Shown here piece by piece: positions 20,157-30,141 of a stretch of 64,000 bases of DNA (the stretch's first letter is position 1; each line of letters opens with the position of its first letter). The DNA comes from Pseudomonadota bacterium (lineage in GTDB: Bacteria; Campylobacterota; Campylobacteria; Campylobacterales; Sulfurimonadaceae), in contig JAZDQA010000006.1 in the NCBI GenBank assembly GCA_043797085.1, positions 32,001 through 96,000 on the forward strand, in the 5' to 3' direction. The notes beneath the pieces are model-generated. The model saw only the letters and a list, made by a program, of their open reading frames with translations, was not told where the DNA came from and searched no databases. The translations under genes were made by a program, and so were the position numbers.

Positions 20157-21107
20157 ATGCATTCAAAAGGGTCAATGGTAAGAGATGAGGTTGCTGAAGC
20201 ATCTGATATAGCTGAGGTTGTTCACGGCGACCGAAAACTAGATATTAAAAAACAGAAAAAAGAACAAGAAAAGCACAGTTCTAAAGAAGAGCGTCTTCCA
20301 ATTTGGGTGAAAGCCAGTGTAATAGAATACGAAGATGAACTCAAAAAACTTCAAATCGAACTTTTAAAACTTCAAAACCATATCAAAGATAAAGGGCTCA
20401 AAGTTCTCATGATTTTCGAGGGGCGTGATGCTGCCGGTAAAGGTGGAACGATTAAGCGCATTACCGAGCATCTTAACCCACGTGGTGCTCGTGTCGTTGC
20501 ACTGGATAAACCCTCGGATGTTGAAAAAACTCAATGGTATTTTCAACGCTATGTGCAACATCTACCAAGCGCAGGAGAGATGGTCTTTTTCGACCGAAGC
20601 TGGTACAACCGTGCCGGTGTTGAACCTGTCATGGGCTTTTGCAGTGAAGAAGAACACAAAGAATTTTTACATGAAGTAGGTGAGTATGAGAGAATGCTCG
20701 TAAACTCAGGGATTATTCTTTTCAAATTTTATTTTTCCGTCTCCAAAAATGAACAAGCTAAACGCTTTAAACAGCGTAAAACAGATCCTTTAAAACAATT
20801 TAAACTCTCTCCCGTCGATGCCAAATCTCAAGATCTGTGGGACAAATATACCATTGCTAAATATTCCATGCTTTTAGCCTCTCATACCTTCCATGCGCCA
20901 TGGGTCATTATCCGTTCTGATAACAAGAAAAAAGCACGCATTAACTGTTTTAGACATATCCTCTCACGCAGTAACTATCCGAGTAAAATCAAATCCTCTC
21001 GTCTCAAAATATCGGAAAAGATTTTACTCGATGGAGATCAAGAGATAAAATTAATGGAATCGAGTATGTCCCTGAAGAAAAATGATGAGTTTAATGAAAA
21101 AGGGTAA
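20157..21107 (+). CDS. ppk2: Polyphosphate kinase 2
   Basis: Motifs 'FEGRDAAGKGG', 'WYFQRY' and 'FDRSWYNRAGVE'. Confidence 0.95.
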   Translation: MHSKGSMVRDEVAEASDIAEVVHGDRKLDIKKQKKEQEKHSSKEERLPIWVKASVIEYEDELKKLQIELLKLQNHIKDKGLKVLMIFEGRDAAGKGGTIKRITEHLNPRGARVVALDKPSDVEKTQWYFQRYVQHLPSAGEMVFFDRSWYNRAGVEPVMGFCSEEEHKEFLHEVGEYERMLVNSGIILFKFYFSVSKNEQAKRFKQRKTDPLKQFKLSPVDAKSQDLWDKYTIAKYSMLLASHTFHAPWVIIRSDNKKKARINCFRHILSRSNYPSKIKSSRLKISEKILLDGDQEIKLMESSMSLKKNDEFNEKG

Positions 21108-21109
21108 TT

Positions 21110-23320
21110 GTGCTTCGATCTGCCACCCTAAAATCTAACAATATTCTAAACGATTTTTTGGGTGGTACGGCCGCAATGCTTGTTGCCCTTCCCTCTGCTA
21201 TCGCATTTGGTGTGACCATTTATGCTGCCATTGGCGGTCATTATAGCGCGTATGGAGCTATTGCCGGGATAATAGGTGTTGCATCGATCGGTATTATCGC
21301 TGCACTTCTGGGAGGGACAAATCGACTAATTTCAGCTCCGAGCGCACCTGCTGCTGCCGTTTTATCAGCGTTTGCACTTACCTATATTGCTCAAGATTTT
21401 GGTCCGGATGCTGTATTTGTGATGTTGATGATTGTAGCATTGCTCGCAGGAATTTTTCAAATCTTTTTTGGATTGATTGGTCTTGGAAAACTGATTAAAT
21501 ACATGCCTTTTCCTGTCGTCAGCGGTTATCTCAGCGGCGTCGGTCTTTACATTATTGCCTCTCAAACTCCAAAGTTTTTAGGACTTCCATCAGGATCTCG
21601 CTTTTTTGAAGCCCTTCAATTTCCAACTACATGGCAATGGCAAAGCATAACAGTAGGTCTCGTTACAATCCTTACTATGCTTTACGCGGATAAATTATTT
21701 CGTACTATCCCCTCTGTCATCATTGCCCTGATTGCAGGAATTGCCACCTATGGCGCGATTGGTTTGATCGACCCTACTCTTTTTCTTCCCAACAATCCGT
21801 TGGTGATAGGAGAACTAGGCGGGAGTGAGAGGATTAATTTTCTTCAAATATTTATCGGACGTTTTGAAGTACTTCAAAATTTTTCACTCAACGATTTGAC
21901 TTTGCTCTTTTTTCCGGCATTGACCCTTGCGGCACTCCTCTCTATCGATACCCTTAAAACGTGTGTTATTATGGATTCTATGACTCACTCCTTTCATGAT
22001 TCTGACCGTGAACTTATTGCCCAAGGTTCAGGAAATATCACCTCATCCCTGATAGGCGGTATGCCCGGATCCGGTACTATGGGTGCGACCATGGTCAATC
22101 TCTCCAGCGGTGCAAGCTCAAACCTGTCAGGTCTTTTTGAGGGAGTAATGTCTATCGTTGCTTTTGTGATTTTAGGAAGCTTTATAGGATGGATTCCCAT
22201 TGCAGCATTGGCGGGTATTTTGATGGTTATTGGGCTGAGAATGATCGACAAACACAGTCTAAAACTTCTGCGATCACGTAAAACAATCCTTGATTTTTTT
22301 ATCATTGCAGCGGTTTCCCTTACTGCCCTTTCCATAAGCCTTATTGCGGCGGCAGGAGTAGGATTAATCTTGGCTATTATCTTATACATTACGCAACAAA
22401 TCGGGGCATCTGTCGTGTATCGTCAGCTCGATGGCAAAGAGATTAAAAGTAAAATAGTACGTAATCGAGAGCAAGAAGCCGTATTAAATGAAAAAGGTGA
22501 AGAATTTTCAGTGTATGAATTGCACGGAAGTCTCTTTTTTGGGACAGCAAATCAGCTTTACACAATGCTTCGTGAGGATTTACAACACAAAAAATACATT
22601 ATTTTAGATATGAAACGGGTGCAAACCGTTGACTTAACCGCAGCCCATATTCTACTTCAAATCAAAGATATCCTTCATGATAGAAATGGCTACCTGCTCT
22701 TATCCCGCTTACCGCATAAACTTCCAACGGGTGATGATTTAGAGAGTTATTTTAACCATGTCGGTCTACTAAAACATCTCAGTCCGATAATGCTTTTTGA
22801 TGATTTGGATGATGCCGTTGAGTGGGTGGAAGACACGATAATTCATGAAAATCTTATCGAAGAAGACAATGAGACCCTGCTAGAATTGGAGAGCTTTGAT
22901 CTCTTTGCAGGGAGAAACAGTGACACTCTCGAAGAAATAGAGGGTCTTCTTGAATGCAGGTCTTATAAAAAGGGAGATCTAATTTATTCGGAAGGGGAGT
23001 CGATGGGTGAAATTTTTCTTATTCGTCGTGGTTTAGTACGGATTATGCTCCCTTATCTTGGTCGGAAAAGTGTTCATCTAAGTACAGTGGGACAAGGGAA
23101 TTTTTTTGGAGAATTTTCATTTTTGGAAGGAAGTCCCCACTATACCGATTCAGTTGCAGGTTCTGATACCGATCTTTATGTCATCACACGTGAAGCATTT
23201 GATCGCTTTGCCCAACATCACAAAAAAGCCTCGTTACATTTTATGCAAAGTCTCGCAACCGTGTTAGCCGAAAGACTTCGCCTAACACGTTCTGCATTAG
23301 GTGATGAAGTCGATGTTTAA
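21110..23320 (+). CDS. SulP/SLC26 anion transporter with STAS and C-terminal cNMP-binding domain
   Basis: SulP TM core ('VALPSAIAFG', 'DRELIAQG'), STAS ('GSLFFGTA...ILDMKRVQTVDLTAA') and a cNMP domain ('GNFFGE'). Confidence 0.9.
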   Translation: MLRSATLKSNNILNDFLGGTAAMLVALPSAIAFGVTIYAAIGGHYSAYGAIAGIIGVASIGIIAALLGGTNRLISAPSAPAAAVLSAFALTYIAQDFGPDAVFVMLMIVALLAGIFQIFFGLIGLGKLIKYMPFPVVSGYLSGVGLYIIASQTPKFLGLPSGSRFFEALQFPTTWQWQSITVGLVTILTMLYADKLFRTIPSVIIALIAGIATYGAIGLIDPTLFLPNNPLVIGELGGSERINFLQIFIGRFEVLQNFSLNDLTLLFFPALTLAALLSIDTLKTCVIMDSMTHSFHDSDRELIAQGSGNITSSLIGGMPGSGTMGATMVNLSSGASSNLSGLFEGVMSIVAFVILGSFIGWIPIAALAGILMVIGLRMIDKHSLKLLRSRKTILDFFIIAAVSLTALSISLIAAAGVGLILAIILYITQQIGASVVYRQLDGKEIKSKIVRNREQEAVLNEKGEEFSVYELHGSLFFGTANQLYTMLREDLQHKKYIILDMKRVQTVDLTAAHILLQIKDILHDRNGYLLLSRLPHKLPTGDDLESYFNHVGLLKHLSPIMLFDDLDDAVEWVEDTIIHENLIEEDNETLLELESFDLFAGRNSDTLEEIEGLLECRSYKKGDLIYSEGESMGEIFLIRRGLVRIMLPYLGRKSVHLSTVGQGNFFGEFSFLEGSPHYTDSVAGSDTDLYVITREAFDRFAQHHKKASLHFMQSLATVLAERLRLTRSALGDEVDV

Positions 23321-23323
23321 ATA

Positions 23324-24793
23324 TTAGAGAAACTTTAAAATCTCAGTTTCAATATTCTCTTTATCAATGACCGTTGCTTGGGTAATGGGTTTAGAAAAAA
23401 GTTCTTTAATCATCTCAGGAATAGCTAAATTTGCCGTTATGGAGATAGATTGAAGAGCATCGATGTCATTAGCATCTTTCTCACCGGTAAGGGCATTCGC
23501 AATCGTCGGAGAAAACTTCGTCCACTCAGCAGTTGAATAAACAATGGTTTTAAGTGGCATTGTTGCACAGCAGTCATACGCTTTAAAACACGTAGCCGTA
23601 TGAGGATCCATCAAGTAACCACTGTCAAATGCCTCTTTAATGTACCCTTTTCCCTCAGAACCATTACAATAATCCGCTGAAAATATCCCTTGGATCTTCA
23701 TCGTTTCATCATCACTAAGGGCATAAAAACGATCATTTTCCAATTTTTGCATCAACTCTTTGGTTCGTACCGCTCCAAAAAAGTCAAATAAAATTCGTTC
23801 AACATTGCTGGAGACCAAAATATCCATTGCAGGAGATGTTGTCGGAATCACTTTATCATTGCGCAGATCATAGTGTCCGGTATTGATGAGTCGCGTGAGA
23901 ACATTGTTTTCATTGGAAGCAATTATGATTTTTTCAACGGGTAATCCGAGCTTTGTTGCATAATAACCACCCAATGCATTACCAAAATTTCCGCTTGGAA
24001 CATCCAAATAAACTTTTTCACCCATCATGATGGCATTTTGACGTACAAGTTCAAGATAACTGTGAATATGGTAAATAATTTGGAAAATAATACGTCCAAA
24101 GTTGACTGAATTGGCAGCCGAGAGAGAGATATTTTTAGTTTTCAGCGTTGCTTTGAACGTTGCCGATCCCAAAAGTTTTTTCAAAGCACTTTGAGCATCG
24201 TCAAAATCTCCGTGAATTCCGATAACTTTGAGATTCGCTGCATCTTCCGTGACCATCTGAAGACGCTGAACGTCCGAGGTCCCACCATCAGGATAGAGAC
24301 ATACCACACGAACATTTGGGCGATTTTTAAAGGTATCAAGAGCAGCCGGGCCCGTATCACCGCTTGTAGCAGCAAGGATAAGATACTCTTCACCACGTTT
24401 TTGCGCAATAGAGGATAACACTACACCAAAGGGTTGCAATGCCATATCTTTGAACGCACGAGTAGGTCCATGATAAAGCTCACTCACATACAAATCATCA
24501 CGCACTTTTACGACAGGAACAGGATTAGAAGGATCATCAAACTTGTCATACAACGATAAAGCTTCATCAATAACCGACGGTTCAATATCAATGCCAAGGG
24601 TAGTAAGGAGGTCTTTTGCAAGAACTTTGTACGACGAGTTTAGATGCTTGGTTAAAAATTCTTCTCCGAGAACGGGAAGTTCTTTAGGAACATACAAACC
24701 GCCAAAAGATGCAATGGGACTTAGAATCGCCTCTGAAAAAGTGACTTCGCTGGGATGGACTCCATCATTTCCGCGTGTTTCAATAAATTTCAT
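23324..24793 (-). CDS. thrC: Threonine synthase
   Basis: Motifs 'ELYHGPTRAFKD' (PLP Lys), 'ATSGDTG', 'NSVNFGR' and 'PSGNFGN'. Start set at ATG 24793. Confidence 0.95.
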   Translation of the reverse strand: MKFIETRGNDGVHPSEVTFSEAILSPIASFGGLYVPKELPVLGEEFLTKHLNSSYKVLAKDLLTTLGIDIEPSVIDEALSLYDKFDDPSNPVPVVKVRDDLYVSELYHGPTRAFKDMALQPFGVVLSSIAQKRGEEYLILAATSGDTGPAALDTFKNRPNVRVVCLYPDGGTSDVQRLQMVTEDAANLKVIGIHGDFDDAQSALKKLLGSATFKATLKTKNISLSAANSVNFGRIIFQIIYHIHSYLELVRQNAIMMGEKVYLDVPSGNFGNALGGYYATKLGLPVEKIIIASNENNVLTRLINTGHYDLRNDKVIPTTSPAMDILVSSNVERILFDFFGAVRTKELMQKLENDRFYALSDDETMKIQGIFSADYCNGSEGKGYIKEAFDSGYLMDPHTATCFKAYDCCATMPLKTIVYSTAEWTKFSPTIANALTGEKDANDIDALQSISITANLAIPEMIKELFSKPITQATVIDKENIETEILKFL

Positions 24794-24853
24794 CGTTAAA
24801 TGCCCCAATTTAAAAAGTTTTCGAATTATAACTAAGCCTCTCTCAGGGTTGGC

Positions 24854-25711
24854 TTAGAGGGTGATTTGTGTCCCCACACCCTCAGAGGTAAAGAGTTCGA
24901 GCAAAATCGCGTGTTCAATGCGTCCATCAATAATATGGGCTTTTTGTACCCCTCCATCAACTGCTTCGAGACATGAATCCACTTTTGGAACCATACCGCC
25001 ATGAATGGTTCCATCAAGCTTAAGTGCTTCAACCTCAGCTTCGGTAAGGGTCGAAAAAAGTTCTTTTTCATTGTTCAAAACACCCGAGGTATCGGTCATA
25101 AAAATAACTTTGCACGCACCGATGGCACTCGCGATTGCCGAAGCTGCGAGGTCGGCATTGATGTTATATCCCGGATGTCCGATAGCTTCATCCGCTCCTA
25201 TTGGGGCGATTACGGGGACAAATCCTTCACGTAAGAGATTATGGATGACATCCGCTTTGACACTCTCTACTCGTCCAGTAAGACCGAATTTCACCGCATC
25301 TTTGGGTTTAGCCATCAAGAAATGGGCATCTTTACCGCTGATTCCGATTGCTTTTGCACCGTGGGAATTGAGCAGTGAGGTAATCTCTTTGTTAATCTCA
25401 CCGCTGAGAACCATCTCGACAATTCGCATTACTTCAGGGGTACTCACCCGCTCACCGTCGATAAATTCCGTCGGTATTTTCAAATCACTCAACAGTTGAG
25501 AGATACGACTGCCTCCGCCATGAACGATGACCACTTTTACCCCAACCAAATGAAGCAGTACAATATCCTGAGCGAATTTAGCTTTGAGTTCATCGGAACT
25601 TTGGGCGGAACCGCCGTACTTTATGACGACAATCTCATCACGGAACTCTTTGATAAACGGCATAGCGTCCATGAGGGTTTTAACGGTTTCAATTTTTTGT
25701 AGCATGTACAT
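24854..25711 (-). CDS. argB: Acetylglutamate kinase
   Basis: Motifs 'VIKYGG', 'VHGGG', 'NINAD' and 'GGMVPKV'. Confidence 0.95.
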   Translation of the reverse strand: MYMLQKIETVKTLMDAMPFIKEFRDEIVVIKYGGSAQSSDELKAKFAQDIVLLHLVGVKVVIVHGGGSRISQLLSDLKIPTEFIDGERVSTPEVMRIVEMVLSGEINKEITSLLNSHGAKAIGISGKDAHFLMAKPKDAVKFGLTGRVESVKADVIHNLLREGFVPVIAPIGADEAIGHPGYNINADLAASAIASAIGACKVIFMTDTSGVLNNEKELFSTLTEAEVEALKLDGTIHGGMVPKVDSCLEAVDGGVQKAHIIDGRIEHAILLELFTSEGVGTQITL

Positions 25712-26600
25712 AATCCTTTACGGTAGTAATCAAACTCTCATCAAGTTCTATTGAAAGCTCTAAAACAGAGAGGTTGAGATTATAAGATGATATTTTAACA
25801 AAGTCTTTTGAAGTTACCAAGAGACTTGTCGCTCCGGTACGTTTAACGATTGCTTCAAGTTCCCATTGAGCAAAAAAATGATGATCCTCAAAATAGACTT
25901 TTTCCACTACCTCCGGCAAATACTCATCCAGTCGTTCGGGCCGTGCTATTGCTGTTACCAACACCATCTTAGAGGTTGGATCTTTAATATTAACGTGACG
26001 CTTAAAGGTTTTTTCCTCTCGCACCATGATCACCGATTTACTGCTCCATAGTTTTTCACGATAAGGTCCGCTGGGGAGACAAAAATTATTAGGAGTTTTT
26101 ACATCTATAAGGATATCCAGTTTTTCAATGCCATGCTTTCCGTATCCATCATCCAAGAATACCATCTCGCATCCCATTGCCAAAGCTTCAGAAATACCAT
26201 GCTCACGACTTTCACACACAATGACCACTGCATGAGAAAGGCTTTGCGCATACAGCATCGCCTCATCACCGCTTTTATGGAAATCACATAAAATATCGCG
26301 ATCTTTGACCACAATCATCCCTTTGCTCTTTCTCCCATATCCGCGTAAAATAATAGCTGGTTTAGAAAAATGCTTAGCAAGCTCGATAACTAAAGGAGTT
26401 TTTCCGCTTCCACCCACCGTTAGATTACCAATGCTAACCACACGAATTCCCAAATTCACAGGAGTGCTTCGTGAATAACGGATATATGCAATCAAACAAT
26501 AAAGCCAACTCAATGGCAGAAGTAAAAGGGAGAGTATTTTTTGGAATAATGTGGGGTGATAAAGATAGCGCTCACCCCATAAAACAGCTAAACGCTTCAA
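25689..26600 (-). CDS. lpxK: Tetraacyldisaccharide 4'-kinase
   Basis: Motifs 'GNLTVGGSGKTP', 'RGYGR', 'GDEA' and 'LDDG', plus 'LPSGPYRE'. Confidence 0.93.
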   Translation of the reverse strand: MKRLAVLWGERYLYHPTLFQKILSLLLLPLSWLYCLIAYIRYSRSTPVNLGIRVVSIGNLTVGGSGKTPLVIELAKHFSKPAIILRGYGRKSKGMIVVKDRDILCDFHKSGDEAMLYAQSLSHAVVIVCESREHGISEALAMGCEMVFLDDGYGKHGIEKLDILIDVKTPNNFCLPSGPYREKLWSSKSVIMVREEKTFKRHVNIKDPTSKMVLVTAIARPERLDEYLPEVVEKVYFEDHHFFAQWELEAIVKRTGATSLLVTSKDFVKISSYNLNLSVLELSIELDESLITTVKDYVHATKN

Positions 26601-27715
26601 ACGCGTGTCGCGGCCACATCTAATATGGCATCACAAATCTCTTCAACTTCAGCATCGCTTAACGCAGCATAGTTAGGAATAGAGAGGACTTGACTGTAAT
26701 TACGTAACGCAACCGGAAAATCGTTAATACGCAGTGAATATTTTGTTTTGTAGTAACTCAATAAATGCAATGGAATGTAATGCAATCCGGTCTCAATTCC
26801 GCGTTCTTTAAGTTCACGTGCAAACGAGTCGCGATTTTTATCGATTTTCACAATGTAAAGCGAAAAACTGTGATCTTGTTCAACAACCGGCAATGTAATA
26901 TGAGGAGCATCTGCTAGACGTTCATTGAAAATTGCTGCAATCTCTTGTTGACGCTCAATAATCTCATCTTGTTTTTCAAGCTGGATCAAAATAACCGCCG
27001 CATCGAGAGGACTGATCGTGTACTGGCTTCCGATATCGGTCACATCATAGACATAACCCAACGAATCATCGTCAATTTCAAGCGCATGATGACGCAATGA
27101 TTTGGCTCTCTCGATAATATCTTCATCATTGCTTACCATCATTCCGCCATTGCAGACATTGCGACGCAAATGGGGACTAAAATCAAAACAGGTAATATCC
27201 GCACCCGTTGAACCGATTTTTTTACCTTTATAGGTAGCACCCAACGCATCAGCTGCATCTTCGATAATCTTCACATCATACGTCTTTGCAATAGTATACA
27301 AACGATCCAGATCAATACTCTGTCCCGCTATGTGCGATACGATGACTGCTTTAAGCTTTTTGGATTTATGCTCGTGTAAATAAGCCTCAAGTTTATCCAA
27401 GTCAATCGTAAAAAGTTCCGGATTAATGTCAATAAAAGTAGGCTCTGCATCAAAATGACGTACCACTTCAGGGACAGAAGGATAGGCATTAATCGAACAT
27501 AATACCTTATCACCGCGCTTCAAATCAATCGCCAACATCGCCAAATGAAGCGCGGACGTACCATGAGAGGTTGAAAGGGCATACGTTGCACCGATATACG
27601 ATTCAAAAGCAGACTCTAAATCTTCAATAATATTCGGGGCTTCACCGTCAAATACTTCATCTATCTTTTCACGTTCGTCTCCGCCTACTTCTACTCTAAA
27701 AAATGGAATACTCAT
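26597..27715 (-). CDS. DegT/DnrJ/EryC1/StrS-family aminotransferase homolog (catalytic Lys not evident)
   Basis: Family motifs 'GTSALHLA', 'IIEDAA', 'GLHYIPLH' and 'LSIP'. The Lys loop reads FDFSPHLRRNVCNGG. Confidence 0.85.
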   Translation of the reverse strand: MSIPFFRVEVGGDEREKIDEVFDGEAPNIIEDLESAFESYIGATYALSTSHGTSALHLAMLAIDLKRGDKVLCSINAYPSVPEVVRHFDAEPTFIDINPELFTIDLDKLEAYLHEHKSKKLKAVIVSHIAGQSIDLDRLYTIAKTYDVKIIEDAADALGATYKGKKIGSTGADITCFDFSPHLRRNVCNGGMMVSNDEDIIERAKSLRHHALEIDDDSLGYVYDVTDIGSQYTISPLDAAVILIQLEKQDEIIERQQEIAAIFNERLADAPHITLPVVEQDHSFSLYIVKIDKNRDSFARELKERGIETGLHYIPLHLLSYYKTKYSLRINDFPVALRNYSQVLSIPNYAALSDAEVEEICDAILDVAATRV

Positions 27716-27725
27716 TGTATGCTCC

Positions 27726-28526
27726 TCATTGGGTTATATCTCTTGGATAATTAAAATCATGATTAAGGGTACGGGATGTCAATTTTGCGATAATCGGCAT
27801 CTTCCGTTTGAACTGATTTTGATAAATTTTACGAATAATTAACTCTACTAATTCACTTTTTTCGCCACTCTCTAATAATTCATCGCGCGTTAAGCGTGAT
27901 TCAACGTACAGCTTTAACACACGATCAAGATCAGAATATGGATAGCCAATCTCATTTTCGTCACTCTGCCCTTCCCATAAATCTGCAGAAGGAGGTTTAG
28001 AAAGTATCGCGTCGTTCACGCCTAAATAGTGTGCGAGCTCAAACACTTCGGTTTTGTACAAATCACCGATGGGATTCAACGCACTCGCCAAATCTCCATA
28101 AAGTGTCCCATAGCCAAGCATCAATTCACTTTTATTGCTTGTGCCCAATACCAAAGCATTCTCGCGCGCAGAAATATCAAACAGTGTCACCATTCGTAAC
28201 CTAGCCGAGAGATTTCCAACCCGAAGAGGTGACATATCTGCTGTTTGATAAGCACGTAACAAAGGTTCTATACTCTGGGTCTCACTACGCAGTCCGAACG
28301 TTGCACACAAGGCATCGGCATCATTCAGCGAGCTTTGCGATGAATAGTGAGACGGCATTTTGACGCACAGCAAATCATCTCCGAATGCTTTGTGCGCCAA
28401 CACTGCCACCACAGCTGAATCCAGCCCGCCACTAAGCCCTACGACCACTTTTTTAAAGCCAGTTTTGAGAACTTCTGATTGTAAAAAACCGACCAAATAA
28501 CGGCTGATTAATTCATACTTGTTCAC
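27726..28526 (-). CDS. nadE: NH3-dependent NAD+ synthetase
   Basis: Motifs 'GLSGGLDS', 'GTSNKSE', 'GYGTLYGD' and 'KPPSADL'. Confidence 0.95.
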   Translation of the reverse strand: MNKYELISRYLVGFLQSEVLKTGFKKVVVGLSGGLDSAVVAVLAHKAFGDDLLCVKMPSHYSSQSSLNDADALCATFGLRSETQSIEPLLRAYQTADMSPLRVGNLSARLRMVTLFDISARENALVLGTSNKSELMLGYGTLYGDLASALNPIGDLYKTEVFELAHYLGVNDAILSKPPSADLWEGQSDENEIGYPYSDLDRVLKLYVESRLTRDELLESGEKSELVELIIRKIYQNQFKRKMPIIAKLTSRTLNHDFNYPRDITQ

Positions 28527-28586
28527 ACAAACACCTTATTGAAATTTTAACTATTTGCATTATAACTAATTTTTTGCGTTAAGTTG

Positions 28587-29399
28587 TTAACACTTTACTA
28601 ATGATATACGTTTCAGTTCACCATCACTAAATCCGGCAGATACTCTCGCTTCACAGTTGATTCCCACTTTACGAGGGAAACTGCTTGGATAGTGACGCTC
28701 GATGATCTCAAAATAAACATCCGGATGAATTTTCTCACGCTCACACGCCACTTTAAACCATCGATCGCCTCTGTGGACATGGTCGATTTCCTCATCCAAA
28801 ATAATCTGCAATGCCTGAATTATTTTCCCAACCATCGGATTCATTTTCAAAGACTCAAGTTTGGACACAATAAGCGGCGTGGCATCCAACCCGTTTGCTT
28901 CCAAATAGCGAGGGACAACCGCCATCCGTTCCAATAAACTCATCGTATTGAGCGACGCTTCAAACAATCCATTATGAACAGGAAATTCACCGTAAAAACT
29001 TCCAAATTCCTGCAACAATCCTTCAATCATTAGAAAATGACGCACCTCATCGTCCGCAACTTTGAGCCAATCATCATTAAATTCATCCCCAACATCCCGA
29101 AATCGATACACCGCATCCAACGCTAAATCTATGGCACTGTATTCGATATGAGCAATCGAATGTAAAAGCTGTATTTGACCGCGAACACCACCCAATTTTT
29201 GCCGTTTGACAATCTCTTTTGGGTCTATGACGGTACAAAAATTATGATAAGAGGGATGAGCAAATACCTCTATAGGTGTCGAATTATCTCGCGTTATCTC
29301 CCCGTGAAGATAGGCGGTATAAAAATGGTTAAAAAGTTCTATCTTCTCAATAGTCGAAGGGGCAGTTAAAATTGATTTCAGTGTTGTGTAAAGTTTCAT
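28587..29399 (-). CDS. DUF455 ferritin-like protein
   Basis: Motifs 'LHSIAHIEYSAIDLALD', 'DEVRHF', 'EANGLD' and 'EEIDHV'. Confidence 0.88.
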   Translation of the reverse strand: MKLYTTLKSILTAPSTIEKIELFNHFYTAYLHGEITRDNSTPIEVFAHPSYHNFCTVIDPKEIVKRQKLGGVRGQIQLLHSIAHIEYSAIDLALDAVYRFRDVGDEFNDDWLKVADDEVRHFLMIEGLLQEFGSFYGEFPVHNGLFEASLNTMSLLERMAVVPRYLEANGLDATPLIVSKLESLKMNPMVGKIIQALQIILDEEIDHVHRGDRWFKVACEREKIHPDVYFEIIERHYPSSFPRKVGINCEARVSAGFSDGELKRISLVKC

Positions 29400-29406
29400 A
29401 GTAGCA

Positions 29407-29419
29407 ATTATGCTAGAAT
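29407..29419. promoter_or_regulatory. Overlapping divergent -10 elements
   Basis: Plus strand TGCTAGAAT (29411-29419) for the MBL gene; minus strand CATAAT 7 nt before the DUF455 ATG. Confidence 0.45.
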
Positions 29420-29444
29420 TTGATTAAAAAAAGAAGTAATTAAC

Positions 29445-30038
29445 ATGGAAATCCTAAAACAGCCAATGGGCGAGTATCAGACGAATTGTTATATCGTCAA
29501 AATAGAGGGTAAAGATATTATCATCGATCCGGGTGTTGGAGCAACACAGTGGGTGATGGAAAACGTCACTAATCCTATCGCGATTCTCAATACCCACGGA
29601 CATTTTGACCATGTATGGAGCAATCAGGAACTCAAAGAAAAATTAAATATTCCTCTTTACACACCAAAAGGGGATATTCCTTTACTTACGAACAGTACGT
29701 TTATGCCTGATTTGCCTGCTTCATACCCTGATGTTGAAGTGGATGGGGATGTGACGTTTGATTTAGAAGGGATTGAGGTAAAGTTTCACCATTTTCCGGG
29801 GCATTGTCCTGGATGTTCGATGATTGAGATTGGGGATGTCATGTTTAGCGGAGATTTTTTGTTTCACAATTCCATCGGACGATACGACTTTCCCTATTCA
29901 AGCCCGTCTGATATGAAAAAAAGTTTGGAAAAAATGAAGTTATTGAAAGACGATAAAACTCTGTATCCGGGGCATGGAGGAAGCACAACCCTCTTTAACG
30001 AGAAACGCAATGCCGATTATTGGTTGCGTATGCTCTAA
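29445..30038 (+). CDS. MBL-fold metallo-hydrolase (glyoxalase II-like)
   Basis: Motifs 'THGHFDH', 'PGHCPG', 'FSGD' and 'PGHG'. Confidence 0.92.
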   Translation: MEILKQPMGEYQTNCYIVKIEGKDIIIDPGVGATQWVMENVTNPIAILNTHGHFDHVWSNQELKEKLNIPLYTPKGDIPLLTNSTFMPDLPASYPDVEVDGDVTFDLEGIEVKFHHFPGHCPGCSMIEIGDVMFSGDFLFHNSIGRYDFPYSSPSDMKKSLEKMKLLKDDKTLYPGHGGSTTLFNEKRNADYWLRML

Positions 30039-30075
30039 ATCTCGAAAAACATATTTTTCGTAGCTTTAGGGGGTT

Positions 30076-30123
30076 GTAGGGACGTTTGTCCCTGCCACTA
30101 AAACGGACGAGTTCGTTTTAGTG
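30076..30123. repeat. Tandem double-hairpin intergenic element between convergent genes
   Basis: gtagggac-gttt-gtccctgc followed immediately by cactaaaacg-gacgagtt-cgttttagtg. Confidence 0.6.
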
Positions 30124-30141
30124 CGTAACATCGGATAGTGT

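Noticed and set aside
25005..25499. Long antisense ORFs (also 3331-3813, 18351-18842, 33084-33533) and the alternate-frame ORF 36740-37180
   Set aside because: They lie entirely over well-supported genes and have no RBS or recognisable motif, consistent with codon-bias shadows.
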